Below, piece by piece: positions 51,477-62,278 of a stretch of DNA of 64,000 nucleotides (its first letter is position 1; every line of letters begins with the position of its first letter). The notes beneath the pieces were generated by a model that saw only the letters and a list, made by a program, of their open reading frames with translations, was not told the DNA's origin and did not search any database. The stretch is from the IMG/VR virus record IMGVR_UViG_3300045988_106851, positions 1 to 64,000 of that record; one strand, given 5' to 3'. The translations under genes were made by a program, and so were the position numbers. This DNA is from a virus.

Positions 51477-54400
51477 TTAATACTTATCCTTCATTAATTT
51501 ATACATACTCGCGATATCCTCACGTATCAATATAATAGGTGCGGTATTCTTATTAATTGCTTCCAACTGCTCTAACCCCTGATATTGAATATCTCGCATT
51601 TCTGAGATATTATTATATGTCTGTTCGGCAAAGATGCGCAAAAAAGAAACATCAACGGCGATAGCTTTACGCACCTCGTTACCTTGCTCTTGGGCAATCT
51701 GCACCGCATAACCGATACCGATAAGGCTGCTTGCTTGGTCTGCGGTGATAGCTTCGATACCTTTACCCGTTGCTGTCTGCTGAGATTGCGCCTCTTTATA
51801 CCCTGTTATTGCGGCAATATTATCTCTTATCTTCAAACCTTCATTAACGATATTATCATACTCTTTTTTAAGTATATCCAAATCGTCATTAGAGAGCTGT
51901 CCTTGCTTCATTTTATCTGCCCATTTTCCATAAAGGGCTTTAAGTCTCTTATTAGCAAGGTCATCAACGGCAAAGTTAAGCATAGACTTATTGAGCATCG
52001 TTGTGAAATCATTTGCGAAATCTTGCGCCGATTTACTCATATCCATAAGATTGCTGATAAAGTTGTCCTTTAACGAATCGAAGGTTGTCTGCGTAAGATT
52101 CTGATTGATTTTATCAGTCAGTTCTTCAAGCTTCTCAGCAAGGTTGGTATAGTTCTCCCAATACTCTGTTTTATCATACTTGCCCTGGTCAGTCATATTC
52201 TTCCATACATCTTGGTTGTATGTGCGAATATCCTTCATCTGCTCTGGAGTGAGCTTATAAATATCCTCCAAAGAGCTTACCTTGTTTATCGTAGAATTAA
52301 CATAACCACCTCTTATCGCTGATTGCTGTGCTAACGTGCGATTGATAGCAGCATAGTCTTGCGCCGACAGATTCCAATAGTAAGCGTTAGAGTGATGCGC
52401 GCCGTGATAACCCATCTGCGATTGTAGAATTTCCATACTCTGCTTATAGATTTGCTTCTGTGCATCATAGGCTTTTTGATAATTGCTGACGGCACTCATT
52501 CCCGAAGTCTTATCAATCGAACTCTTCAACTGCTCAATAGAGTATTGTAATCGCTCGTTTGATTCCGTAAGGCGATTAGTAGTCTCCGCAACCTCCTTCG
52601 CATTACTTCCATTACCGATACCAAGAGCACTACCAAGCGATTTGATAGCACTTACGCCTTTGATAGCTGCCCCGATATAGTTGCCCGTAGCAAAGTCTGA
52701 TACCGCTTGCGAACCCTTATTGAATGCGTCTGCACCACTTTTAAGCTTCTTCCCAAGCTCTGAATCACCGAAGCCGAGAGCATCAATTAATTCGCTTGCT
52801 TCTTGTAGCTTCTTAGCAACGTTACCGATGCTTTCTGCCCATTCATTAGCAATCTCCTTAATGGACTTTCTTGCCTTATCTTGTGATATATTTGCATCCT
52901 CCTGTGCCTTCTTTACTTCCTTTGTTGCTTTTCCGACCTTTACCTCAGAAATAGCGAGCTCATCAAAGAGTTTCTTTAATTTTTCAAGCTGTTTATTGCT
53001 GAGGTTTGTCTTATTCTCATTGAAGAGTGTGCTCTTATTCTGAGAAGTTATCTTATCGGTACTTACAGATACTCCCGTCTCCGCAAAGACTTTCTGGATA
53101 GCAAATTTCGTAAAAAACTGCTGCTCTTGTGCGCTAAATTGCTCAACTGTGACTTTTTTTAAACGCTCTTGTGCGTCAGTAGCTTCTTGCAAGAGCCGAT
53201 TATATTCACGCACCTTCTCGTTAGACCATCCCCACTTATCGGTCTGCTCTGAAATTGCATTATCAATCTTACCAATTTGTTCAGACACAACCTTCATATC
53301 ATCAATATCAAGAGTACCCGAACCGAGAAGGTCTTTGAGCTTTTTTCTTAGCTCTTCGAGATAAGATTTGCTCAATCTCCCCATATCAGAGAAAACAGAA
53401 TCCCAGTTGATAGAATCCTTGAAATCATTAAAATTAAGTTTCTTTAGCTGCTCTCCAAGGTCAGTTTTTAACTTTGCTTCCTCGAAAAGATTACCTTTTG
53501 CCCTTGCTTCTTTGATTTTCTCATTATACTCCTCAACGATGACGAACTTCTGCTGTTCGAGGTCGCCATACTCCTTCAGGTATTCACGATATGATTTCAA
53601 TTCATCGGCATAAATCTCATTATTATATGATTCTACAGTCTTTTGCTCAATGATGGTATACTGCTCGGTAATCTTCTTAATATTCTTTGAATCAAGATGT
53701 TCCTTATCATTCCAAGTCTCAGCCTTGCCACCCTTTGCCTTTATAACCGATTGCTGTGCGTCAAATTCAGCTTTCTGTCGGTCACGCTCTGCCTTGATAG
53801 CTGCATTCTTTCGTTCTTCAATCTGCTCAATCTCTTTGGATAGCTCTCTTTTGTGCTCGGCAATGACCTTCTCTTCACCTTCCTTCATTGCCTTAATCTT
53901 TGCATCGGTTACTTCTTGTTCCAAAGATTGCCAAGCTTTTGCTCTTTCATAGGCATTCTTGTAGATTACTTCATCAAGCTTCCCCTCTGCTGAACTAATC
54001 TGCTTCTGCTGGGTAGCATCCTTCTTTGCATCGGTTTTACTTTTGTTTGCAAGTGAGCGTTTTGCTGCTTCCTCTTGTCTGATAAGCATTCTTTGCTCGC
54101 TATTCTGCTGAACCTGTGTTCTAAGAACCTGCATTCTAAGTTCACGCTCTGCGGCAATATCTTTCAAAGATTGAGTATGCAATTTAGTTTGCTTCTCATG
54201 TAGTTCAACGAGCTGTTGTTGCTGCTTTATCTGAAAATCGTATTTCTGTCTAATAAGAGCCTTTGCCTCCTCAATGGCAGCGATTTTCTCCTTTCCTTGT
54301 AAGGTATATATTTTATTTCTTACCTCGGCTATTTTTCCATCAAGTTTGAGCTGAGTTTCTTTATTCTTATTGATAGCTATCTGTGTTTCTTGAATCTTAC

Positions 54401-56618
54401 CTGCAAGGGAAGCAGCTTGCTCTGCCTTTGTAAGTATTCCATTGAATGCCGCTCCTAACTTCTTTGATAAATCTTCATTGGTAAAAGCATCATAAGCTGT
54501 CTTAACTGCGCCTATTGCACCTGACATACTCGTTTTAAATGCACCAATAACAGTTTCGCCAGCACCTTTAATTCCATCCCATGTTTTTTTGAGACCAGCA
54601 GTAAAGGTGTCCCAATCCATATTTAATACACCTTTTATGGTTGTTCCGAGGCCACCAATAAGATTCACCGCAGCTTTTACGGCGGTTCTGAACGTCTTGA
54701 CGAAATTATTACCGAAGTCACGAAGAGGACCGTTTGGCTTGGTGAAGCACTTGTACAGGTATTCTCCGAAGATAATCACAATATCAGTGATAGACTTAGC
54801 AAGAGAACCGAAGTAAGCCATCAGCTTAGTATAGACCTTCTGACCCTCTGCGGATTTAGTCATCCATGTATGCACCGCCTTAAAAGCAAGAGCGATAGCT
54901 GCAATCACCGCACCCACAGGTGTTGCACACATTCCCCATAGTGCTTTTGTAACCGCCTTTATACCTGAAAGTGCGCCGCTTAAAGGTAGCCCAAATCCTC
55001 CGATAGCTTTAATAAGGTTACCAAAATTTTCTTGCAACTTCCCATTTGCTGTGATAACATTAATCGCACCATCTTTGAAGTCCTCCATACCAGCCTTGAC
55101 TTGCGAGAACTCTGCGGAAAAACGTTGCCCGAAGCTACTATTGCCTATCTTGTCATTTAAGGCAGTGAATGGAGCTTCAATTTTAGACTTGACATTGCTG
55201 CCAAACTCTTCAACCTTATCTTTTAGTTCAGAAAGCTGATTGCGAAATCTGCCAATAAATGTTTCTTCGTTCTTTTCTTTTATCGCATTTTGCAGAGCTT
55301 GTATCTTATCTTTCGTTTCATCTATCTTGCTATTAAGCTCGTTGAGCTTCTGTTTTTGAGTATCGCCAAGAGACTTGCCATTGAATTTATCAGCTTCTGC
55401 TTGTAAGTCTTGCAATTTAGATTTGCTGTCGCTGAGCTGAGAACGTAGGTCGTCTAACGATGTACTGCTTACATCTATTGATACGCTCTGTGTCTGCGGT
55501 TCAGTAGGTATTATAGTTTCGCCGCCTTGTATCTGTTTCGCCGCGCCCAGCAAAGTGTTATATTCTTCTAAATCGGCATTAAGTCGTTGCTGAGTATCTT
55601 GCCAGTTTTCCATTTGCGATTGCAAGTCTGCAATCTTCTGCTGAGCTTCATTTATCAGATTGTTGTAATAGTTAGTGCCTTCTCCAGTCGCGTTGTCGTC
55701 TGGAGTAAGGTTAGCTAAGGCTTGTTTATACTTTTCAATTTTCTCCTGCTGCTTGGCTATTGCATCAGAAGCATCAGATATTTTCTTCGCAAAATCTGTA
55801 CCATCAAGTGTTGCTTGTATCTCTTTGATACTTTCCTCGTACATTTTAATGTCCGAACGTAAATCCTTTGAATTTTCAGATTGCATTCGTTCAATCTCAG
55901 CACGACCCGAAGCAACAGAAATATACTGCTGCAAGGCTTCTGTCAGATTTTTAGTTGCTTCTACATTCTGATTCTCGGCTTCTGCATTCTGTGTTGCTGC
56001 CTCGGCATTAGCCACGTGTGCCGCTGCTTCTGCTGATGTAGCGGTTGCTGCCGTTGCTGCCGTAGCCCCTACAGCAACATTTGTTGCAGACTGAACACTA
56101 TTTGCACTCGTGCTTGCAACAGAAAAAGCACTTAATGCTTGATATGCACCATTTACCTGAGAGATAGAATTTTTAACCCCATCATAAGATTCAACGAGGT
56201 CTTTTACATCACCTTTCGCAAGTTCCAAAGAATGCTTTTGAGCATCAATCTGCTTGGTAAGCGAATCGAATGCCTCTGAACCTTTTTCAGTCTTAGCTAA
56301 CTGCTCGTTAAGTTTACCGATAGTGCCTTCAATGGTTTCAACTCGTTTATTGGCGGTATCAATCATTTCAGGTACTAATTGAATCCCCTTAGTAGCTTCA
56401 TCCATAGCAGATTTGAGAACCTGCATAGCCTTGGTGGTCTTTGTCGCAAGGTCTTCATCGGATTGCGCCACATCGTTAAGTGCCTTATTCATTCTATTAG
56501 ATAAGGCTTCTGTATCAACGCCGACACGGTTCAAACCATCACAAAGCTTATCAAGTGATGCTTGAATATCGGAAATATCCATCTGTCCGCTGATGCCAAG
56601 TATCTCTTCTGCTGCCAT
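51477..56618 (-). CDS. tail tape measure protein
   Basis: 1713 aa, highly helical. Has a hydrophobic/Gly-rich central segment (GGFGLPLSGALSGIKAVTKALWGMCATPVGAVIAAIALAF). Follows the chaperone pair. Confidence 0.9.
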   Translation of the reverse strand: MAAEEILGISGQMDISDIQASLDKLCDGLNRVGVDTEALSNRMNKALNDVAQSDEDLATKTTKAMQVLKSAMDEATKGIQLVPEMIDTANKRVETIEGTIGKLNEQLAKTEKGSEAFDSLTKQIDAQKHSLELAKGDVKDLVESYDGVKNSISQVNGAYQALSAFSVASTSANSVQSATNVAVGATAATAATATSAEAAAHVANAEAATQNAEAENQNVEATKNLTEALQQYISVASGRAEIERMQSENSKDLRSDIKMYEESIKEIQATLDGTDFAKKISDASDAIAKQQEKIEKYKQALANLTPDDNATGEGTNYYNNLINEAQQKIADLQSQMENWQDTQQRLNADLEEYNTLLGAAKQIQGGETIIPTEPQTQSVSIDVSSTSLDDLRSQLSDSKSKLQDLQAEADKFNGKSLGDTQKQKLNELNSKIDETKDKIQALQNAIKEKNEETFIGRFRNQLSELKDKVEEFGSNVKSKIEAPFTALNDKIGNSSFGQRFSAEFSQVKAGMEDFKDGAINVITANGKLQENFGNLIKAIGGFGLPLSGALSGIKAVTKALWGMCATPVGAVIAAIALAFKAVHTWMTKSAEGQKVYTKLMAYFGSLAKSITDIVIIFGEYLYKCFTKPNGPLRDFGNNFVKTFRTAVKAAVNLIGGLGTTIKGVLNMDWDTFTAGLKKTWDGIKGAGETVIGAFKTSMSGAIGAVKTAYDAFTNEDLSKKLGAAFNGILTKAEQAASLAGKIQETQIAINKNKETQLKLDGKIAEVRNKIYTLQGKEKIAAIEEAKALIRQKYDFQIKQQQQLVELHEKQTKLHTQSLKDIAAERELRMQVLRTQVQQNSEQRMLIRQEEAAKRSLANKSKTDAKKDATQQKQISSAEGKLDEVIYKNAYERAKAWQSLEQEVTDAKIKAMKEGEEKVIAEHKRELSKEIEQIEERKNAAIKAERDRQKAEFDAQQSVIKAKGGKAETWNDKEHLDSKNIKKITEQYTIIEQKTVESYNNEIYADELKSYREYLKEYGDLEQQKFVIVEEYNEKIKEARAKGNLFEEAKLKTDLGEQLKKLNFNDFKDSINWDSVFSDMGRLSKSYLEELRKKLKDLLGSGTLDIDDMKVVSEQIGKIDNAISEQTDKWGWSNEKVREYNRLLQEATDAQERLKKVTVEQFSAQEQQFFTKFAIQKVFAETGVSVSTDKITSQNKSTLFNENKTNLSNKQLEKLKKLFDELAISEVKVGKATKEVKKAQEDANISQDKARKSIKEIANEWAESIGNVAKKLQEASELIDALGFGDSELGKKLKSGADAFNKGSQAVSDFATGNYIGAAIKGVSAIKSLGSALGIGNGSNAKEVAETTNRLTESNERLQYSIEQLKSSIDKTSGMSAVSNYQKAYDAQKQIYKQSMEILQSQMGYHGAHHSNAYYWNLSAQDYAAINRTLAQQSAIRGGYVNSTINKVSSLEDIYKLTPEQMKDIRTYNQDVWKNMTDQGKYDKTEYWENYTNLAEKLEELTDKINQNLTQTTFDSLKDNFISNLMDMSKSAQDFANDFTTMLNKSMLNFAVDDLANKRLKALYGKWADKMKQGQLSNDDLDILKKEYDNIVNEGLKIRDNIAAITGYKEAQSQQTATGKGIEAITADQASSLIGIGYAVQIAQEQGNEVRKAIAVDVSFLRIFAEQTYNNISEMRDIQYQGLEQLEAINKNTAPIILIREDIASMYKLMKDKY

Positions 56619-56637
56619 ATTGCTATCTTTTATTTTT

Positions 56638-56862
56638 TTACATCATATCCATAAAGAAGTCATTAGCATGAATAGCCTTGTCAACTCTATGATATTTCTT
56701 TTGAGCTAATCTAAGCTCATTATCTCTACTTTTACCACTTCCGCTGGTCGCTTCTTTCTCATCCACTTTAAAAGATGGAATGGAGCGATTAAGTAACATT
56801 ATCGTTAGGTATGAGCGATTAAATACGACCTCCTCGTAACTCATACGAAAATATTTCATCAC
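56638..56862 (-). CDS. tail assembly chaperone, T-part candidate (-1 frame relative to the upstream ORF)
   Basis: Lies in the -1 frame relative to 56859-57305 and overlaps its end. Located between the major tail and TMP genes. Confidence 0.45.
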   Translation of the reverse strand: MMKYFRMSYEEVVFNRSYLTIMLLNRSIPSFKVDEKEATSGSGKSRDNELRLAQKKYHRVDKAIHANDFFMDMM

Positions 56863-57305
56863 TCCTCCGATTGTTGCCCAAGGGGAGTCGTTCTCGGCTC
56901 CGTCATTATTTTTGTCTGGGTCAGGAAAGTGATAGAGGTTAAGAAAAAATTTGCATTAAACGAACCGCTGATAAACTTTACAAGTTCATTGAATGCGACA
57001 ATATCCAAATGCTTACAGATATACCTGTGCCATAGCTTGCGAGCCCATGCCTTGCGGAATGCGCAAACAATGAATATTTCGCACATTAAACGCGCATCAT
57101 TGTTGCGCTCAAACAGCTTTTGAATAATATTGATTTTTTCACCGCCTTGCCAAGATGGTTCGGGCATATCGTTTGCATAAACGCCCATCTCATAAATCTG
57201 CATTAAGGTAAGGGGTTTCACCTTGAACGAAAATTTACCTACTTTAATCTTAACTGTTGCTTCACTTAGAGTTTTTGCAATCTTTTCTTTATCTCCCGTA
57301 TTCAT
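56859..57305 (-). CDS. tail assembly chaperone (G-position)
   Basis: Sits directly after the major tail protein gene and before the TMP gene. Confidence 0.55.
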   Translation of the reverse strand: MNTGDKEKIAKTLSEATVKIKVGKFSFKVKPLTLMQIYEMGVYANDMPEPSWQGGEKINIIQKLFERNNDARLMCEIFIVCAFRKAWARKLWHRYICKHLDIVAFNELVKFISGSFNANFFLTSITFLTQTKIMTEPRTTPLGQQSEE

Positions 57306-57390
57306 TTCTATAATGTAAAACGGCGGTGTGGCTTAGGGGGAACACCTGTCGCCTCACCGCCGTTGCGATATTTTACTTTTTACTTGCTTT

Positions 57391-57933
57391 TTATCCAAGT
57401 TTTACATCGGAAGTCAGAGCCCAGCGATGGCCGCTAACCTTATCGCCCTTGGAGTCAAACACGGCCATCTGTCGGCATACGATATTAAGATTAGGAAGCC
57501 CAGATTTGCCTATGGAACCGCTACGGGTGACAGTGAGCTTCATCTTCGACCATTGGAACGTCTTAGATGGGATGTCGTCCAAGTCCTTTGTCACTATCTG
57601 AATAGCTTTATAACATTCATTCTCCGTTGGAGCTTCATTCTCCCACTTGCTCTCATCTGCCGTATATCCAAGGAGGCTTTCAAAATTCTCCTTGGATAAG
57701 TCGTAGGTCTGTACAGTGAAGCCCTTTGTTGCAGCACTTGACGTAAGTACCGCGTATGGGTCTTCTGAATCCTCAATCTCTACATCGGAAGTTTGGGCTG
57801 CTTGGTCGTTAAATGTCAAGCTTCCTGTGACAATAGCCTTTATCGCATTTGCAAACGATGTTGGATAGCCACCGTTAGCCACACAGTCAGCAAAAGAGAA
57901 ACTCTTTATGCCGAATACTCCATTTTTTGCCAT
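57391..57933 (-). CDS. major tail protein
   Basis: 180 aa, beta-rich. First gene upstream of the chaperone pair. Confidence 0.6.
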   Translation of the reverse strand: MAKNGVFGIKSFSFADCVANGGYPTSFANAIKAIVTGSLTFNDQAAQTSDVEIEDSEDPYAVLTSSAATKGFTVQTYDLSKENFESLLGYTADESKWENEAPTENECYKAIQIVTKDLDDIPSKTFQWSKMKLTVTRSGSIGKSGLPNLNIVCRQMAVFDSKGDKVSGHRWALTSDVKLG

Positions 57934-57936
57934 ATT

Positions 57937-58344
57937 TTATTCCTTTAAGTTATTGTATGTTACATTAAATTTCATGTTCACGTAATAAGTATCATCGTTA
58001 TCTTTAGTCGGTCTTGAAACTGCGTAAAGGTCGAAGTAACACCCTCCAAGATAGATTTCTCCATCATTCAACAGCCCCATAATATTATGCGTATAACTTT
58101 TTAATTTTGCCGTATTCGGCAAATTTTGAGCGGTCTTAGGGCAATGTATGTTCACGTTGATAACACCCTCGCTCACAGCTTCGTCATACACGAATGGAAG
58201 ATGATTAATAACTATGTAATCTCCAGTTGGAAAATCCTCTGGCACTTCATATTTGTAAAGCCTTCCTTTTCCCAACCCTATTTCCTTATTCTTTGCAACA
58301 AGGAATTTATACAAAGCCGTTAGTACATCATCTCCTAATATCAT
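57937..58344 (-). CDS. tail completion / tail terminator-position protein
   Basis: Synteny between the gp10-like gene and the major tail gene. Confidence 0.45.
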   Translation of the reverse strand: MILGDDVLTALYKFLVAKNKEIGLGKGRLYKYEVPEDFPTGDYIVINHLPFVYDEAVSEGVINVNIHCPKTAQNLPNTAKLKSYTHNIMGLLNDGEIYLGGCYFDLYAVSRPTKDNDDTYYVNMKFNVTYNNLKE

Positions 58345-58346
58345 GG

Positions 58347-58829
58347 TTAACCATCAGAATTAATCGTGTTAATTACCTCTTCAAATATTCCCTTCATTTC
58401 CTCTCTCAGGTAATGCTTCGTCAATTGCAGTACATTATAGCTATGGTTCTCCTCGACATACTTACCGTATCGCATTCCTGCGACAATAACAAGCGAGTAA
58501 CCTTTTGGTGCGACAACGCCTTCCTTTTGTGCATATTCGGCAAGCGCATTACTTACTCCCTGCTGTCCTTCTTCTGTAGCTTCGGGTTTCGGAAGCTGTC
58601 CTTCTTGCGAAGTAATAAGTTCCCCGTCAAGATATAAGGCAAAAGAAATGGAATTTTTTAGATTCCCAGTCCTATCTTTATAGCCTTTATTATCCTTTGA
58701 ATATACAACGGCATCTTCGGCAAGATGCAATAGCCGTATATTAAGATAAGATATTAGCTTATTCCTTTTCTCTTTGAGTCTTCCCTGTAACGCTTCACGT
58801 CCTTTTAACTTTATCTCAACATTAGCCAT
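58347..58829 (-). CDS. HK97 gp10-family tail/neck component
   Basis: YKDRTGNLKNSISF resembles the gp10-family TGxLxxSI motif. Synteny supports the call. Confidence 0.5.
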   Translation of the reverse strand: MANVEIKLKGREALQGRLKEKRNKLISYLNIRLLHLAEDAVVYSKDNKGYKDRTGNLKNSISFALYLDGELITSQEGQLPKPEATEEGQQGVSNALAEYAQKEGVVAPKGYSLVIVAGMRYGKYVEENHSYNVLQLTKHYLREEMKGIFEEVINTINSDG

Positions 58830-58833
58830 GCTG

Positions 58834-59259
58834 CTATAACCACAATTTTAGGTATCGGCTTTTCAATGTCACAAAACCTTTGACTTCCATCTCTCGGTCT
58901 ATCGTCCCATCTTTTTTGGCTATCCACACCTTGTCTCCCTCTTTAGGAAGCAAACGGTAACGCTTCATGTTAAGAGGTGCGATAACCTCGTATGAATAGA
59001 CATATCTTTGACCATCGAGTAAAGTGATAAAGTTCGCCCTTGAATTTGGCAACAAGATACATTTACCAAAATCTATGTACCTAATACCGACAGGTTGTAA
59101 TGAATCTCCATTTTCATCAATTGTATCATGTGGTTCGTTCTCGTTATCATCGAAATTAATAGAGCCATCATCGTTCATGTAGTAGCACCTACCACCGATT
59201 TCAAGATAGCCAGGATTAAAGACCTTCGCACATACTTTCAACGAATCCTCGAAGTTCAT
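58834..59259 (-). CDS. head-closure / head-tail adaptor-position protein
   Basis: Synteny only. Confidence 0.4.
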   Translation of the reverse strand: MNFEDSLKVCAKVFNPGYLEIGGRCYYMNDDGSINFDDNENEPHDTIDENGDSLQPVGIRYIDFGKCILLPNSRANFITLLDGQRYVYSYEVIAPLNMKRYRLLPKEGDKVWIAKKDGTIDREMEVKGFVTLKSRYLKLWL

Positions 59260-59260
59260 C

Positions 59261-59614
59261 TTACCAAACCTTTAGAGCCGTAAAACCGTAATCATCCGAA
59301 TCATTATCCATAACGAGGTCAGCATCCAACCCAGCGTCTTTAGCAATTGACTTAACCATGCCATCAATCAGCGTTTGCTTCTCCTTATAAGACTGTGAGA
59401 TGCCGCCAACGTTCTCACTTGACAGTACTCGCATCTTATAGAGCAGTCGCATTGCAGCATAGGCAACAGGCTTCTTTAATTCGACAGAATATTCTCCATC
59501 AACGGAGGCTTTCACGTCAAACCTTGCCGCAGCGTCAATGAACATTTTTTCCAAGGCTTCATCGGAAGTGGAAAATGGTTGAATTTCGCTTGCTATAGCC
59601 TCTAAGATTGTCAT
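59261..59614 (-). CDS. head-tail connector (gp6-like)-position protein
   Basis: 117 aa directly downstream of the capsid gene. Synteny only. Confidence 0.45.
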   Translation of the reverse strand: MTILEAIASEIQPFSTSDEALEKMFIDAAARFDVKASVDGEYSVELKKPVAYAAMRLLYKMRVLSSENVGGISQSYKEKQTLIDGMVKSIAKDAGLDADLVMDNDSDDYGFTALKVW

Positions 59615-59668
59615 GCTTCCCTCATTATATTATGCGAACATATTTATTTATACTCTCAAGTCTCCGCT

Positions 59669-60763
59669 CTAATCATTGGTAGTCTTGAGAATAAAGAGGT
59701 CGTTAAGACCATTAAATACAGGCTGTGCCCACATGTCGTAGTTGATGTGATAGCCGGTCTTATCGCGCCAGTAGCCCACAAGGTTATCGTCATGCGTAGA
59801 ATACGACACATTAGGAATCGGGTCTACCAACTCCAGGGGGTCGGAAATCTTGATAATGGCAACATTATCAGCACACTGTGCAACAACGCGGTCATCGGCG
59901 ATAAGGTTGACATTCGTACCGTCTGGGAGAGTAACGAACTGGTCTTCATCAATTTGTATTGTCGGAAGCAGCGTAGAACGCAGATAGGTGTTCACTTGGT
60001 CAACCGTAAGCATTGGCACGGCAGGGTTTACCTGTACAGTGCCAAGGTTGAGCTTGAACGTGTCCTTAATCTCCTTTGCCTTGCACATCTTGTAAAATGT
60101 GTTTTCGGACATACGAAGTTTTAGAATCTTGCGGCCATGCTTTTTCGTTTCCTCCTTGAGCTTCTTAATATCAGCGATAGGGGTAGAGTTATCCTCGCCC
60201 CAGTTGGTGGTTACCGCGAGCTGCTTGATACCGAGGTCGAAAGTGTAGGATACATTGGCCTTGGCATTGTTGCTGCGCGAAACGGTCTGAGTGCCTTTGT
60301 AAAGACCCTCGTAGTAGAGCATATCTATGCGCTTGTGCGGTGCGATAACGGCACGCTCAAACGGGCGGAAAGAGAACTCAATGAGCTTGTCGTACTGCGC
60401 GTTGAGTTGCGCCTGTGTATAGTTGCGACCTTGTAAGTCACGGTAGCGACCTTCAAGCTGATGCATCTGGTCGAGATAGTCGTTGTCAAGCTCCCACTCA
60501 TCGCCATAACGGCCTATTGAACCTGTCAATTGACCGAAATCTGGCATGTGATGTACAGGCTTCTCAGCGTTCTTGGCGATAACAGAACCCACCATTGCTG
60601 CTGTGTATTCGGCGAGATTTGCTTGATAGACTTTTGCAGCGCAATAGTCCACCTGCTTAATCTCGTCTTTCCACAGAGCCTTATAAGTCGAGGTCTTCAT
60701 ATTCTCGTCAATATAGGTCTGAAAAGACTTCGGGTCTAACAACTGCTTCAATATGTTGTTCAT
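59669..60763 (-). CDS. major capsid protein
   Basis: 364 aa, preceded by scaffold-like and decoration-like genes and followed by connector genes (lambda E-like arrangement). Confidence 0.65.
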   Translation of the reverse strand: MNNILKQLLDPKSFQTYIDENMKTSTYKALWKDEIKQVDYCAAKVYQANLAEYTAAMVGSVIAKNAEKPVHHMPDFGQLTGSIGRYGDEWELDNDYLDQMHQLEGRYRDLQGRNYTQAQLNAQYDKLIEFSFRPFERAVIAPHKRIDMLYYEGLYKGTQTVSRSNNAKANVSYTFDLGIKQLAVTTNWGEDNSTPIADIKKLKEETKKHGRKILKLRMSENTFYKMCKAKEIKDTFKLNLGTVQVNPAVPMLTVDQVNTYLRSTLLPTIQIDEDQFVTLPDGTNVNLIADDRVVAQCADNVAIIKISDPLELVDPIPNVSYSTHDDNLVGYWRDKTGYHINYDMWAQPVFNGLNDLFILKTTND

Positions 60764-60794
60764 ACCTTTTCTATATTAATATTATTGTTTGTGT

Positions 60795-61373
60795 TTACTG
60801 AACCTTGAACAAGGCGATGCCATTAGCATTAAGTCCTGCCTTAATCTCTTTATTAATAGGATATGGGAGTGAAGCCTCTTCGACTTCCATAACGCGGAGT
60901 GTCGGCTCTACCTGCTGCGATGCGTCCTTGTCGAGTTCCTTTGTGGCGTAAGTAAAGCCGAGGATAACGTCTTTGCTTGCATCGAAGTCGGAAATGACGG
61001 TATTTGCCTCAATGTCCGCGTCGAGAGCTGTCGAGAGAGTAACGGTGTCGAATGTTGCAGTTCTTGCGATTGATGCGATTTTCTTGCCACCGATAGTGTC
61101 ACCCTCTTTGTAGAGTGAGCCTGCTGCGAGTTTTACGGTCTTTGTGGTACTTGATGCTTTCTCCGTAACCTTTGCAGTCTTTATCACAATGGCCTTGCCG
61201 CCAGTACCGAGTTTTACAACAGTACCTTTGGGAAGCCACTTCAAGCTATCTGGCAGATTGCTCTGGTCAAGGTCATAGCCACCCTGTCTGACGATGCACT
61301 GCTCTTCCCACCAGGAACCCTCCTTAATGTCGGTCGGCACGGTCTTTTTGAGGTACATTCCTTTATAAGCCAT
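60795..61373 (-). CDS. head decoration / auxiliary capsid protein candidate
   Basis: 192 aa between the scaffold-like and capsid genes. Confidence 0.4.
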   Translation of the reverse strand: MAYKGMYLKKTVPTDIKEGSWWEEQCIVRQGGYDLDQSNLPDSLKWLPKGTVVKLGTGGKAIVIKTAKVTEKASSTTKTVKLAAGSLYKEGDTIGGKKIASIARTATFDTVTLSTALDADIEANTVISDFDASKDVILGFTYATKELDKDASQQVEPTLRVMEVEEASLPYPINKEIKAGLNANGIALFKVQ

Positions 61374-61409
61374 ACTTTACTGATTTTTGATAGTCATTAC
61401 TTTTGTTTA

Positions 61410-62111
61410 TTACTTTGCCGCCGCGCCTTCGGGCTTTGGAGCGTTGCGCTCGGCATATCCCTCCATGCGCTTGACGAAATCATCTTGCTCGTTCTGAGGA
61501 GTGCTTGTTGTCGGGGCTGCCACAAACGTACCGCTTGCGACAAGCGACTGCTTCAAAGCGGTATAATCATTGCTTATCTGCTCCACGACACTGTTAAGGT
61601 TCTCCTCTTTATCGAGCGTGTAACGCGAGCGGAATACTTCGGGGATGTCTTTCAGTTTCTCGTTGCCTTGCAGCAATGCGGAGAGCCGTGTTTTCTCCTC
61701 TCGTTCCTTGTAAGGTGCAAGAGCTGCCGTTACTGCCTCGTTGATGGCCTTCTGCTGTTCAGCCTTTGCTTCGGCAATCATCTTGGTCACGTCATCAGCA
61801 GTAAGCGGTGTTGTGGGAGGTGTCGGCGGTGTCGGTGGGGTAAGAGGTCCTGTTGGTGGTACGGTTGGCTTTACATAGCCTTTGTACTTCTCCGTTGTCT
61901 CGCTTACCGCACGGTTGAACGCCGATTGCATCATGCCCACATACGGCTCAACGGCTGTAATGGCGTTTGTAACGTCCTCGTCTTTTGACTCATCTGTTAG
62001 ACTGCGACTTGCTATAATCTGGTCTACCAGCTTGTTGAGTTCGTCCTTCTTCAAACCGTACTTCGCGAATGACGTTTTGCAAGAAGCAAGCACTCTTTCT
62101 TTTATTGTCAT
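61410..62111 (-). CDS. scaffolding protein candidate
   Basis: Helical and charged, with a Pro-rich linker PTVPPTGPLTPPTPPTPPTTP. Lies upstream of the capsid gene. Confidence 0.55.
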   Translation of the reverse strand: MTIKERVLASCKTSFAKYGLKKDELNKLVDQIIASRSLTDESKDEDVTNAITAVEPYVGMMQSAFNRAVSETTEKYKGYVKPTVPPTGPLTPPTPPTPPTTPLTADDVTKMIAEAKAEQQKAINEAVTAALAPYKEREEKTRLSALLQGNEKLKDIPEVFRSRYTLDKEENLNSVVEQISNDYTALKQSLVASGTFVAAPTTSTPQNEQDDFVKRMEGYAERNAPKPEGAAAK

Positions 62112-62278
62112 AGTATTCTCGTTTATGTTATATGGTATTTTTCACCTCAAAGTTATTTATATATTTCAATAACAAGATACGATCTATTGACATTGTATAA
62201 ACAGAGGCGACTCCGTGTATAAACACAAAGCCGCCTCCGTTTGTTGTCATTACGCAATTCTTAGCAAATCACAACGGA

